Assembly (NCBI GenBank): GCA_964187785.1
Contig: OZ076409.1
Span: 96,970,001-97,034,000, forward strand
Source: Amphiscolops sp. MND2022
Lineage: Eukaryota
DNA length: 64,000 nt
Direction: 5' to 3'
The notes beneath the pieces are model-generated. The model was given only the letters and a program-made list of their open reading frames with translations. It made no database searches and was not told the origin of the DNA. The translations under genes were made by a program, and so were the position numbers. Position 1 is the stretch's first letter, and every line of letters starts with the position of its first letter. This document shows positions 1 to 12,491 of this stretch, one piece after another.

Positions 1-2593
1 TTGTTGTCCAACTGCTGCCAATAAGCCTCCAAATGTCTTTCAAAAGTAGGCGCGCTTTTATGGTAAATGGGGCGACGAGATCAATTGGGCCGTTTACAGC
101 GGATACCAAACTCAGAACGACCCTTTGAGTAACGTTTCTGTCGGTGTTCGGACTTGTTCCTCTGCTAAAAATTAGGGTGTCTGTTGAGTGATTCTAATTC
201 AGTCCAAGAACATGTGAGAATTTCTCTGCTGTAGGAATCTCTTTCGCGCCCGTGGTCTCGTTGTCGCTGTTCGGTTCCACTTCAATGGGAATGCTCGGTA
301 CATTTGACACAAACTTCGTCAGTTTGAACCCACCCAAAGCAAACAGTTCAACAAGATCTTTTGCTTTGTTGGAGGCTTCGGTAACTGTTGGACCAGATTC
401 GAGGTAATCATCCATATAAACGTTGTTGTGAATGCTTCGTGCTGCGCCTGGGAAAATGGCTTCGTTATCTGTGGCAGTTCGTTGTGTTCAGAGCGTAGTT
501 AGCGCATGTGGACGAATCTTTGGAGCCGAAATTATGCCTAACATACTCGAAAACAGCAACTTCGGCTGCTGGGTGCTCCCGCCACGAAAAACGAAGTGAT
601 GGTCTGTCACATGGGATAACTCCCATTTGTAGAAACATTCCTTCGATGTCCGCAGATACAGCATAAGGAAACTGACGGAAGAGAAAGAGAATGTGAATAA
701 GGCTCTGCAGCAAATCCGGTCCTGTTAGGAGGGCATTGTTCAAAGACTGACCATTACACTTGGCTGCTCCATAAAGAACTCTACGGACTTTACCTGGCTT
801 GTGGGGATGCACGACGGGATGGTGCGGCACATACCGTTCCCGAGGCTGGTCTACTTTAAAGCAGTTAATTTTTTCCACTTGTACAATGTAGCCTTTCGAA
901 AAGTCGTCGCTAATTGTTTTCGCGCAACTGGCTTTCAAGTCGGCATCCTTCTGAAGACGGCCTTCAAGCGATTTCAGTTGTACGAGGGCAGAAAAGTAGT
1001 TGTTTGGTAAACAAATTTCGTCATCGGCCCACAACATACCCACTTGGCATCGGGATCCATCGTGGTATGTTGTTTCATCAAGTATCTTCGTCGCCCTCAC
1101 GTCGGTTGCGGAACGGGAATCTACTTGATTGTACGCCCCGTACGATTCTATGTCGTACCAGCTTCGAAGTTGGTCGGAGAGTGTACAATCTTGCTCTTTC
1201 TGGGAAACAGCTTTGACGCATGTCGAAAACAGACCCGTGGTTGACGGAAGAGGTCCACTCAGTACCCAGCCCAACGGTAAACGGACGGCAACTGGGGTAT
1301 TTCGGCGGTCGGACTCGAAATACTCCAGTGGGCGGATCGAGTGGAAGACGTCCTGACCAAGAATCATTTTCACATCTGCGTAACTGTACTTGCTAAGAGC
1401 GATCGGCTCTAAGTGTGGGTAGCGAGTCCTTAAATCGTCTACGTCAATTACATCGTTTCCAATATTCAGTTGATCTCGCACATAAGGTTTGACAGTAAAG
1501 GAGGAGCAAGAGCCACACGAATGAACAGGTGTCAACTTGCGCTCGACCGTTTGAGTGTCCACAACTTTGTTGGAGTTAATTCCATGTACAGTCAATTTGG
1601 TTGGCGTGCCACGCACGTCAAGTTTGCTAGCTAGTTCAGAGGGAATCCAAGAATGACTACACGCTGAGTCGCATAAAACCAAAACTCTCTCTGATTTCTG
1701 TGAAGTTTGCAATTCCACTTTCGCTATTTGTAACAATCCCTTCACATCAGAAACGGAAAGCAGGCATGAGGTGACTTCGTTTTTCATCAGGTTGCCTGTC
1801 GCTGCGCTGCAACTAGTTGTTTCCCCATTGCTATCTTTCCCAGATTCAGGCTTTCTCGGGAATATACTCTCTGCACCGTGTAGAAAAGTGTTGTGCGTAC
1901 TTCCTTACCATCTCTTGTTCAGTTCCGGGGCTGTGGGCAGTTGCGGAACGAGTTTTGTCCAATAAAGCAAGAAAAGCAAAGTTTATTCTCGGCAACAATC
2001 TTTGCTCGTTCAGTTGGAGTCTTTTTTCTGAACACTTGGCATCGCCACAGCGGGTGCTTATCATTACAAACTACACAATTGGTTTGGGGTTTCTGGGTTG
2101 ATTTCCCATAGTACTTCTCTCCAGGAGTCTGTTTTGTAGAAAACAATAAAATCAGGATATTTATTGGTCCTTTTTTATCAGCGTAAATCGAAGCATCAAT
2201 GATTTTAAAATTTTACTGGACTTCGTCTTCCGCGTCAATGATCTATTGACGTTTGCGAAGCGTTGTCTGTCTTAGGACAATTATCCAAATAGTCGCGAGC
2301 TTTCTTGTGTATTTCATCATTTTTGACAGGGACTTCATTCGACCACTTCTCCAAGTCCGGTTTCACTGACACGGGGTTGGTTGATTTGTTGGCTAGGTCC
2401 AGGAGTTGTTCGTTTTTGCAAAGGCTTTAGTCATAGCTTCCTGACATGAGGTGACTAATCGATCGACTCGAACACGACGTTCGGCATTTTCAATGGCGTC
2501 AATGAGCTTTTGTTGGATCTTGTTGAGCTCTGCTTCGGCTTTAGTGCGGCTATCATGTAGTTTGAAGACTTTCTCTTGCCTCGTGTCTGCCAT
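1..2593 (-). pseudogene. Frameshifted, internally deleted BEL gag-pol
   Basis: Collinear ORF pieces in different frames, homologous to 34241-40642. Confidence 0.85.
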
Positions 2594-3060
2594 TATAAAT
2601 GCTTTCAAAAGGGTAGGCTCAGTAAATTGTATCTAAGGACACAGGTTGTAGCGGTTCCAGCTAAGGCCCAAGCAGTAGAATCACTTACAAAACATCAACC
2701 AGACAACTAAGTCTGGACACAGTGCTGAAAATGATTTCTGCTGTTGTCGATTACTGAAAAACGATAGTTACAGTTCAGAGGAAGTAACTGTTGCGGTGCG
2801 AAGACGGAGAGTTTGTTTGTTTTTGGGTTAAAAGTAGTCGCTAAGGGACTACGAGGACGACACAAGACGGGAGTAGCGCATAACTCGCAGCGCTGGTAGT
2901 GAAGGAGTTGTCTTGAACGTCAACCGGACAGTCAAGTCCGGACACGGTCCAAAACGTGAGGAAAAGTTGTTGCGACTTCAACCTGACAATGAAGTCTGGA
3001 CACTGTCACAACAGCTGGAGAGAAGGGGACCCTTTGCACTTAGATGCTTTTCCGTTTGCC
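1..3060 (-). mobile_element. Decayed BEL/Pao LTR retrotransposon (element A), related to element E; runs off the left window edge; no 5' LTR seen
   Basis: Fragments 2393-2608, 1846-2146, 465-1787 and 194-415 match the E polyprotein: N-terminus ADTRQEKVFKL, CVVCNDKHPLWRC and LCFSC knuckles, protease LCDSACSHS, RT YMDDYLES. Frameshifts and a large gag deletion near 2150-2220. Confidence 0.9.
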
Positions 3061-3842
3061 GGTCCAGTAGTTTAGTAGTTTTCTAAAAATGTCTACTACG
3101 CATACATTCTGTTATCTGACTGAAAGAAAAAGAAAAGAAACTTGCCACTGAAATAGTCGGGCTCATTTTCTTAAAATGCGCCGACTAAAGATATATAGAT
3201 TTCATTATCTTAAATCTATTAGGGAAAAAGTTGCAAGAAAAACGGGTAAAAACATAATGTTTTGCCTCGGTCATGCATGTTCAAGCATTGAAAAGTCGGG
3301 GGGAAAAGTTCGCTAAAACTATACGGAAAATATGTATTGCTATCTTCAGACCACTCTTAACTCCAGTTTTTTAATTCAACAGGACAGCTAAAATTGAACG
3401 AAATAATAAAAGAAATTCTTGCAAATTTTGATCCAAACAAATCTCACCGAAACCTCAGCTAACGGATTTACCCAGAGTTTTGGAGAGACTAGCTATCAAA
3501 AATGATTCCACAATCAAGCAAAAACCGCTAACAGATTGTTTACAAAATATAAAGTATAAAATAGTTTTATGCAAAAGTTCTTCAGAAACTATTTCTATTT
3601 TGCACACTTATAGTTTAATATTCATACAATGCATATTTTGGTAGCATGTAATAGAAGTCCTGTGCCTTACTCAAGCGACAACTCGTCCCAAATTCCAAAA
3701 AGCGACAATTCGTCCCAAATTGTTTAGTTGAACAGCTATTAACCTTTTGAATATTGAAATTAAAGAATTTAACAAATAAACTTAAATAAACAAATAAAAT
3801 ATTAATATAAATAACAAATAAATATTTAAGCACGGTTCACTA

Positions 3843-3901
3843 TCATTTCACCCCAAATCATTTCACCCCAAATCATTTTACCCCACATTCATTTCACCAC
3901 A
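3843..3901 (+). repeat. Short tandem repeat (~14-bp TCATTTCACCCCAAA-like unit, x4)
   Basis: Directly visible. Confidence 0.75.
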
Positions 3902-4872
3902 CGTTTTAATTATCAAATGCGTTTCAGATTAATGACTACTGTCGCAAAATTTCCATCTTAGCACCAAAATAAACGCGTCTTGAATATAATAACTAACAAT
4001 TTTTTTCGGCGGAATATTATCGTATTGTCGGCGGAATTCTTGCTAATTCAGCGACGTTTTCGGGGGGGGGGGGGCAGGGGGGGGTTAATCTGAGGAGCAA
4101 GCATTGCAAAATTTATTATGAAAGTTTTTACAAATCCTTCTTTTAAAAAAACGAAGAGCAGTTTCTCCGTATTTTTTCCGACGTTTGAGTTTGATCAGCG
4201 AGGGTTCTGTTCAATGCTGAAAATAGTCTTTCAACGGGAGTGGCAAAACAATAAGCAGATATCTCCATCGGATCAGACACGTCCACCCCACGAGCTTTTG
4301 CAGCCACTGACCGTAAACCTGATTTTTTTCCTCAACTTCCTCAAATTTTTTCAGTGCAACGGAAGCACTAACGTTGCCAGTTTTTGCTAAATCGTGCACT
4401 TCAGTAAATACCCTAGTGGAGATGGCTTGAACTTTTTACAAGCTGCATGGACACATGCAGGCCAAATTTTTTTTACAAAACATGGAAAATTCCGGGAGCC
4501 TGCATGAAAACATTTTGTAGGATTACTATACAGCTTCCACTATTTGAAGTAAAACTGAAAACATTTCCTTTTCTTCACCGCTTCGATCACTTTGTTTTCA
4601 CGCGTAAGTTTCTCAAGTAAGTACCTTATGTAATCACAGTTAGTCAAATAGCACTCTGAATATGACGCTACTTTGAAACTTATAATGTGACTGAAATTTT
4701 TTAAACATTAAAATCGCTGTAAAATTGATGAAGATCTCAGCTGCTTTCAAAATTAGAGCGCGTCTCAATGAAACCTCTAAAACTTTTTGCGGCACATAAT
4801 TGCCGCCAAATTTAGCATTCATCTTATAAGCAGCTTGGTTATCGGTTATCGCTTTTTAGTAAAGATAATATT

Positions 4873-5614
4873 TGTAACGTCCGGCAGTCGGCGAACAGAA
4901 CGAACTTTGAAAATTTCGTTCAAGATGTCAAAATGTGCGATATCGAAGAATGCACAAGATGGCCGACCTGACAGGTACTGGAAATTGAAAAAGAGGACAA
5001 AAGAGTGCAAAGAGGACCCACCCCCCACCCAGGAACAAGAATGTCCGAGATGTCATCACCCAGAAGGCGAGAGAATCAGGAATCCTGCCATCTGACAGTA
5101 AAAAGACAGGGTTTTGGCAGAAAAGTGCCAAATGAGACCATTGTGCCCCGAAGATGAGGAATGATGCCAGAGGCAGGAAGCCGATGATCGCCACCGAAAT
5201 GTAACTGTATACTTTATTGGGGCATATCCCCACCTGTTTTGACTGTTTATAGCGTATTTGAATAATGTTTGACCTATTAGGTCCTCATTTTAGTCCTTAT
5301 TCACTCAATATAATGTATTTCAGTTAGACACCTTTTTGGACCTCGGAGGTATGTGGGAAGTCGTAGGAACGTGCTGGAAACCTTAGGATACGTTTTTACA
5401 GGCTTGTAGGGCGTGTCCGGACTTTGAGAGTGCCGGCGCGTCGCTTCGGAGCTCTAACCAGAGAAGCCTCCTTAGACGTTAGAAAAGTCCCCCTTGGAGA
5501 CCATTTTGGGATCAAAAACTAGTGTCTAGGTATGTAGTAAGACAACGGTCTCCTGTTTAAGCATCCTAGGCATTGTCCCTCTTCCTAGATGTGCGTCGCT
5601 AGCTGGTCATTACA
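4873..5614 (+). mobile_element. Solo LTR (~740 bp) of a further LTR family
   Basis: TGTAAC...TTACA termini; homologous along its length to the inverted copy at 45721-46093 plus 59851-60190; no matching TSD. Confidence 0.65.
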
Positions 5615-6701
5615 ATTAGTGATAAGATAATTTACACCCCTGGCTCGGCGCCGCCAAAAAACTTGTTGATAACAACCAATAAAATTGAATTTATTTGGTT
5701 AAAAATTGCAGCCTTCAATATTGGGGGCAAATTATCGCCTTTTCAGAATGGGGCGAATTGTCGCTTTTTGAAATTTGGGACGAATCGTCGCTTTACGGCC
5801 TTACAAATGCGCTTTCAGACTGGAGTTTCAAGCACACTGCAGTGTTTTCATATTAACAAACCCAATCAAAACAGTGCGGGAGACCTTTTTTAATGACATC
5901 AAGATTTTCTCACTTTGGTTGACAATTTTTAACTACTTCATTCATAACTTACTTCTGTCGAGTTGCAATTTCCGCTCTCGTATTTCTACAATTTTACAAT
6001 AGAACGGATTGATCATATTAAAAAATGGGTGTGGGGTTCTGTATATTGTACATTATAAAAAGGAAACCTCAAGTTATTCAAATCCCTTCTAATTTCCCCG
6101 CAAAATAGATGAATGTAGGTGTGAATAAGAGGCAGTGAGAATGAGATAACAAGACACCCGCTAAGCACAAGGATAATTTCTGCGCAGCCGATAAATAACA
6201 AATCTTGCTCAACAATTTGCAAAACAAATGACTTTCGTTCATTTTTGATCAATTTTAGACATTTTCAACGAAAAAAAAACCAGATTTATGTATTTAAAAA
6301 ACGCTAAGAAGTAGCTATATGGTTTGCCGTTGCAGTATATTGGTATTTATACGCACAAAAAATTGGAAGTTTGAAGCATTTAGTAAAACTCAGATTTATC
6401 TGTGAAAAAAATGCTAAGTAGATAACTATTTCGTGGTTCAACTTGTGGTCAGTGTTGATTTTCATACCCATAAAAACATTTTACTTCTGCTTACTGCTTA
6501 TTCGGCACCCCTCGGAATTGGGGAAATTAACTTTTTTCTTCTTTACTACGGAATTTGCATGAAAAATTTTTTGGATTTTTTTGCTCATTTAGCTGCCTAT
6601 TGCCGCAGTTTTATTTTCAGGCACTTTTTTCAAACACCTAAGCAATATATTTTAATTACTTATGCATATTTTCAGTTTTTTGTTCATAAGATAGACGTTT
6701 C

Positions 6702-6777
6702 TCCAATTTCAACTACAAATAAATCAGGTTCGTAGCATATATGCTACGAACCTGATTTATTTGTAGTTGAAATTGGA
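6702..6777. repeat. Perfect 76-bp spacerless palindrome
   Basis: Arm TCCAATTTCAACTACAAATAAATCAGGTTCGTAGCATA (38 nt) followed directly by its exact reverse complement. Confidence 0.95.
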
Positions 6778-7097
6778 AAAAGTAGGAAAAAGTGGAAAAC
6801 ATATCTAGTAAATGAAAACTGGAAGCAAGGGAAATAGCGCAGCAGAAAAAAAAGACAAAAACTTTGGTCTGTGAGCTTTCAATTTGATACCCATGGCTCA
6901 AAAGATGATCCACACTCTTTGAAGGTTCTTCTCGCGGGCAGTTCGGTTTCTCGAAATTCGAAACCAGCATCATTTCAGGTAGTATATCCCCATAGCAAGC
7001 TATGATGCCATCTTTGCAAGCATTCCAATGCTTGAAGCTGTGGTTTCACAGTGACTTGCTCAAGGTCACAAAGGCCCGACAGCTCACCGATGCTGCG

Positions 7098-7215
7098 TGA
7101 ACATGGTGTAGTGGTTAGAGCATTCGGCTTGTACTGGGGTGGTATCAGGTTCGAATCTCTCTCAACTCACTATTCTTGTGCCTTAAGCAAGTCCTTCATC
7201 TCTAGCTTAGTGGCG
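7098..7215 (+). mobile_element. tRNA-derived SINE head
   Basis: A box TGGTGTAGTGG (7104-7114), B box GGTTCGAATC (7148-7157), then CORE-like GTGCCTTAAGCAAGTCCTT; no full cloverleaf. Confidence 0.55.
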
Positions 7216-7556
7216 TGGTGTTTTAAATAATGATGGAATCAGTTTTCATGACATACATTTTCAGTTCCAAAGCTTAGACACCCTGAAATTTCAAATTTTC
7301 AACAACACAAGGTTCATTCCGAAGTGTTCAACTGGTTTGCTCAACGATTTCTTCTTCCCAGTACAAAATACACTTACATACAAAACTTCTACGTGCTTCG
7401 AAACGTTTTAAATAAATTGAAATTTGAAATTTTGCTTATACATACAGTGCCTTTTATATCAAATAAGTTCTCAAAAATTGTTTCAAAACTAATTTCTCGA
7501 TGGAATTCGTGAAGGTATGGAAACTTCGAATGTGGCCAATTTCGACAAAATTCCGA

Positions 7557-8387
7557 TTTTTTCAGTCGGCGCTTTTCGTAGGAAAACGCAGACTTTAGTA
7601 CTGACTTTTCTTTTTTCAAGACCAACGAAGTGACAGAATTTATAAGCTTTATAAGCTGACTTGAACTAACACTAAATGCCACACTACTGCTACTAGCACT
7701 TGAGATAGAGGTTAATTAGGCTCTTTTGAGGTCCCCTTCTACATTTTCGGAATTTTTCTTTCAATTTTTAGGAGTCGGAAAAATCGTGTCGTTTTTTCGT
7801 TTTTTTTCTCCCGACCCTTTCATGAAAAATTCGAATTTCTCAAAAACTGTCCAAACGATTTTCATAAAATTTTGCACAGTCATTCTACACCCAAAGGGGC
7901 CCCTTCGTGCTCAAAGGCATCAAAATCGTATGACTGGAATGTGAGAAACATGGCGAAAATTAGCCCAAAAATGGCCAAAAAACAGTCATTTTCCATTTTT
8001 TTTCGATTTTCTCAAAAACTCTCCTTACGATTCGAACGAAATTATCTACAGTCATTCTACACCATATTAGAGTCCTATATATGCAATGGCATCAAAATCG
8101 TATGGCTGGGATGTGAGAAACATAGCCTAATTTAACTCAAAATGGCCAAAAAACAGCAATTGTTCGACTTTTTTTTTATTTTTGCAAAAACTGTCCATAC
8201 GATTCGAACGAAAATTTTTACAGTCATTTTCTACACCATAGTATGGTCTTTGTGTGCAATTTCAATAAATTCTTATTACTGGGATTGGAGCGAGTCAGAA
8301 GGAGAAAGACCCAAGCCGACTCCTTTGCCGCATATTGCTTTTTTTGAGCATAGATATGGCGCCGACTTGGGCCGTTCCCGGCTTGTT
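7557..8387 (+). mobile_element. Helentron-associated non-autonomous element (HINE-like) with ~3 internal ~170-bp tandem units
   Basis: 5' T-run plus subTIR AGTCGGCGC; 3' subTIR GCGCCGACT, then hairpin GCCGTTCCCGGC and CTTGTT end; sister copies at 62003-62560 and 60353-61137. Confidence 0.7.
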
Positions 8388-8897
8388 GATGATTGTTCTA
8401 GTCAATAAAACGAAAACTACCATTTTACAATACTCCTCCGGTAGCTTTGAATCTGACTGACAAGTATTTTTTGACGAGTTCCGCTAAAAATCATCTCGAA
8501 ACATAAAATAGGCTAAAAACCGAATTTTTTTGCTCTTTTTATTTTTCGACTTTATTTTTTTGCTCTTTTCGTATGGACACGAAACTTTCACTCGAAACCC
8601 ATTCAATCAAAACTCTCCGATTCATCGATATTTGAAAACTACAAGAACATTCATTTAGCATATAGGGAACTTTGCTCACGTCTGTTCCTAAATCTTCGAT
8701 TCTATTTTGCAGGTTTTTGTCTTTACGTCACATTTTTTTTCTTTTTTTAAAAAGAGTACCAATCTTTGATATGACGCAGCTAATTAAAATTATCAAAAGT
8801 TTATGAGATTGTTGTTAGATTTAAACCAATTAATTTTAATGTCCTGATCATTATTCAAATTTATAACGCCGGCTTTCGATTTTTCACATAATTGCGT

Positions 8898-9518
8898 TTA
8901 GGTTTCATCACAAATCATTTTCTCGAAATTTCCATCACAAAAGGTACTTTGAAAAGTGTAAGGGACAGGGTCCACATGGTCCCTCAGATCGCATGCAGAC
9001 CTTGAGTCCTTCTTTGTTAATTTCGTATTTGAGCTTTTCCATACATTTCTCATCCCATCCTCATTTGAGGACATACACGGTCCGGCGCCAGGTTGACTCA
9101 AAGGCAAGTTTTCCACCATGTTCTGTATCTCAGGAATAATCCTTTCTCTTATGGCAGAGCTAATAGCGCTACTGATTTGTGATTGCATTAAATCCATCAT
9201 TGTTTCCATTTCACGAGACATTCTAGCATTCATTTCTCCGGACAACATATTAATTGATTCTATTAGTCTACTTTCTCTAACTGGTTCGTTTCTGTTATCA
9301 ATATCTCTAATCTCATTTTCTTGAGATGAATTTTCCCTGTTAGGAAATGACCTGAAGTCTTGCGGTCCTTCAGGGACATTAATGAGACTATCTAGCTCTC
9401 TTTCTATAGAGTTAGAATTACCTTCACCTAGCATCACGTCCATGTTACCGTAGTCGGACAACATGTCTAACTCTCTCGACCTCCTGGCTTTAGCCTTTTG
9501 TCTTCTTGTAGACGGCAT
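8898..9518 (-). pseudogene. LTR-encoded duplicate of the Gag N-terminus, reading out into flanking DNA
   Basis: MPSTRRQKAKARRSR... identical to the 5' LTR copy; diverges after the LTR end. Confidence 0.85.
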
Positions 9519-10594
9519 TGAAAATATCTTTCCAGGAGAAAATAAGTAAATTGTTCCTGTGGACAATATTTGTTGGGTTTACAGTGAATCTTGTACTCTC
9601 AGTAAAAGAATAACTGTATAATAACCGTATTGTATCATTCATTGAAATTGTGGGCTAACTTGGGTATATATATACTCAAGACAGCATGACATCCGCAATT
9701 CTGATGGTCATGCTGCTAAAAATAGCACACAGGCTAAAAATAGATATATCAGAACTATAAATAGCTACATGACGTCAGCGTGGACCTATATAGGCGGCTA
9801 AATCAAAGCGCCTAACAGGGCCACGTTGCATATAGGTCAAAATGTTCGGATATACAAATTCATGTAAGCAACAGTTTTACATGCAAAATGATTCATGGCG
9901 GTCCTACACGGTCTATTGTCGCGAGGAACCATTTAACCCCATATTATCATATTAAACAGGGGAAGTAACACTACATATTAACGTTTACATGAGGTTGAAC
10001 ACTCAGTAATACATAACACGTATTTCATTAACATATCAATAATAGCATCGATTTCATCATATTAACAAATGAGAATACTCATTTAGTCTGCTGGCCGCAT
10101 AGGGCCTTATTTCTCTAGCAGTAGCACTAGCGACATTTGGACAAGTAAGGCCGTTCAGCCATTAAGACAGCATTCGCTTTGTTCTATTTATTTAACAGCA
10201 ATTCAGTATAGCAACAAAATGCAATTAGTCCGCTTAGGCCAGGTGGCCGTGACGGTCCATTCTGATTAATAAGTGAATGCATTACTACAACTACATATAA
10301 AACAAGATGAGCTATGATTGGCTAATATGCCGTGCGCGGCTATGCTAGCTATACTTAACAGGCAAACATTTGAACTCGTTTCCTTCCTGCCTGTCAGTAT
10401 AACTTGCTGTCAAACATCAATCATATTACAAATAAAATACATAAATTGGTTTACATGTGTTGCAAATATTAAATGAAATAATGTTCTCAAAGTTATTTAT
10501 CCTTGTAGTTATAAAGGTAATGTTCCGGGTAGGGCAATTGGCAGACTGTGGTCTATGGTATAGAGGTTGCCATCGCAGGCGGCCGCCTGCGACA
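8957..10594 (-). repeat. 3' LTR of element B (1638 bp)
   Basis: Near-identical to 20441-22078; I found 3 substitutions by eye. Confidence 0.97.
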
Positions 10595-11342
10595 CTCCCC
10601 CTGGGAGAAGTAAGAATGTGCCAACCTGCATCCCTTCAATGAAGGCTCTCTTACGCGCTTCGACTTGTAGTGCTGTTTCTCCGGGAATAGCCGTCTTGAC
10701 CAGGTAGTCCGCAACTGCTTCTTGCTGAATTTGCATTGTCGATTTCCCGCATATTACACAGTCTGAGTAGTTCACTAATGGCCCCGACCCACTAAGTCCC
10801 ATTTCTTGGAAATGATTTGTAATTCCGTCGAGAGATTGTTGTGACTCTGGCCGCTCGCCATAGTTGTCGAAAAAAGAACTACAGTTCCCTCTTTCTTCCG
10901 GGGGAGGTGACATTGGTGTGTCCACCATAGGGATTAGGCCGCTACATAACTTTATCGGGTGGTTATTCCTTATGCGATCATCACGCCTTATCGGGCCCTT
11001 TCCCCTTCCCAATGAAAAGAAAGACTGATCTGGAACGGGACTAGGGCTGTGTGTCAGATTAGGCTTTTTGCATTCAGACGGCCTGTTCAATAGGTTAGGG
11101 CGGTCCGTTTTCGGTGTAGAAGGCCCAGGAACAGATATAGGCGTTGACAGTTGTATTTCGACGCATTGTGCCATCATCAAGATCTCATCGTCGTATTCCT
11201 CATCTTCTGACGATAGTTGGAGGTCCATTACGGATGTAGTACTAAATGCGTCCATTTCCTCTTCTTCATCACTGGACAGATATACTAGCTCTATCCTTCG
11301 GGGCGCAGCGCCACAAAAGTCTTGCGGGTATCTATCAGCCAT
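10509..11342 (-). CDS. ORF3: 277-aa accessory protein of element B (acidic, SIM-like motif, CxxC...C...H)
   Basis: Open frame from MADRYPQDF; homologous to 57522-58361; last 86 nt lie inside the LTR. Confidence 0.85.
   Translation of the reverse strand: MADRYPQDFCGAAPRRIELVYLSSDEEEEMDAFSTTSVMDLQLSSEDEEYDDEILMMAQCVEIQLSTPISVPGPSTPKTDRPNLLNRPSECKKPNLTHSPSPVPDQSFFSLGRGKGPIRRDDRIRNNHPIKLCSGLIPMVDTPMSPPPEERGNCSSFFDNYGERPESQQSLDGITNHFQEMGLSGSGPLVNYSDCVICGKSTMQIQQEAVADYLVKTAIPGETALQVEARKRAFIEGMQVGTFLLLPGGVSQAAACDGNLYTIDHSLPIALPGTLPL
10595..10602 (-). promoter_or_regulatory. Polypurine tract AGGGGGAG
   Basis: Abuts the 3' LTR; identical in element D. Confidence 0.85.
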
Positions 11343-12491
11343 GTATCGCGTTTTTATCAGTTTTTTCGCAATTTTGTAGAAAATTGAAGTCAACTTTATG
11401 AATTTCAGTTGTAAGACCAACTGCACTTGTAGGCTTTAAGAGAGAGAATGACAATTTCTTTTCTTGATTTCGTTTAAGATTTTTACTTCGAAACCCGTGA
11501 CTCCTTTCCCGGGGTTTTGCCTTCCTGTTAACATTCATATCGATAACTCCTTCCAAACAACCTTTGATGACCCCAACGTGCCGCTTTGTTTACATCGTTA
11601 CTTCAACAGTTTGCCTAATGCGGCTTGAAGACATCAATGGCACCTTTAAGTGTTTATCAGCTCTCAACATCCACTTGAGACTTTCAAGAGCTAATAGTCA
11701 AGATTTGAGGCCACGCGCGGCTCATCGCCGCGATAGCCAATAAGAATCGCCATTGCTATCCGCATTCCGAAATGGCGGACGAAATAATAATATTCCAAAT
11801 AAGGAAATAAATAAAATAATGAAATAACTGTAAAATAATAGATCTGTGGTAAAATAAGATTTTGAGGATAACTTTGTGGATTTCTCTGGCAGGTTCCATC
11901 CACAAAATGACACCTATAATTGTATAATTGTTTGACATCAATTCCAGTTTGCCACGATCTCCAACTCTTCTTTCAGCAATCTTCGTCATTCATTCAATTG
12001 TTACTTTATCCATTCAAATTCTAACCACTTCCGTATTTATACATTGTCTATTTAGTATAGTTGTTAGTCTTCTGGTCCGTTACTTATTATTATCAAGTTC
12101 ACTATTGGACTATCAGCCTTCTACTCTTTGGCCATACTCGGACAGCAGACGACTTCTCTTTGAAGTTGGATTTCCTACTTGGGGTTCAAGTGCCTTATTC
12201 TTCGTAACAGCATCAGTCTCCCTTCTCCATCTTCCTGTCAATTGTCTTTCTGGACCACATCCGATTCAAATCTTTTGCAATGTCAGGTTAGCTATCTGGT
12301 CTTTTCTTTTTGAACGGAAATAGGTTTGATCAGGACCTGTTCACGCTCGTAATACTTCCTGTCCATTTGTTTCAAAGAGCATAAGCGTTTTGCCGTATGT
12401 TTCAATTTTACTTCTAGAAGATTTGTAAAGCGGTCTCATGGATTCATATTCAGGAAGCGACCCGCTAAAATTTGTCTCTTTCCATTTAGAG

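Larger units (their letters stand above)
3665..5800. mobile_element. Possible old DNA element bounded by inverted subterminal repeats, with nested insertions
   Basis: AAGCGACAA(C/T)TCGTCCCAAATT twice at ~3673-3721; its reverse complement recurs at ~5750-5795. Confidence 0.4.

Noticed and set aside
7098..7175. Functional tRNA gene
   Set aside because: A and B boxes are present but acceptor and anticodon stems do not pair; followed by SINE-like sequence
10509..11426. ORF3 as an env gene
   Set aside because: No signal peptide, furin site or TM helix; the upstream non-ATG extension is not conserved in D
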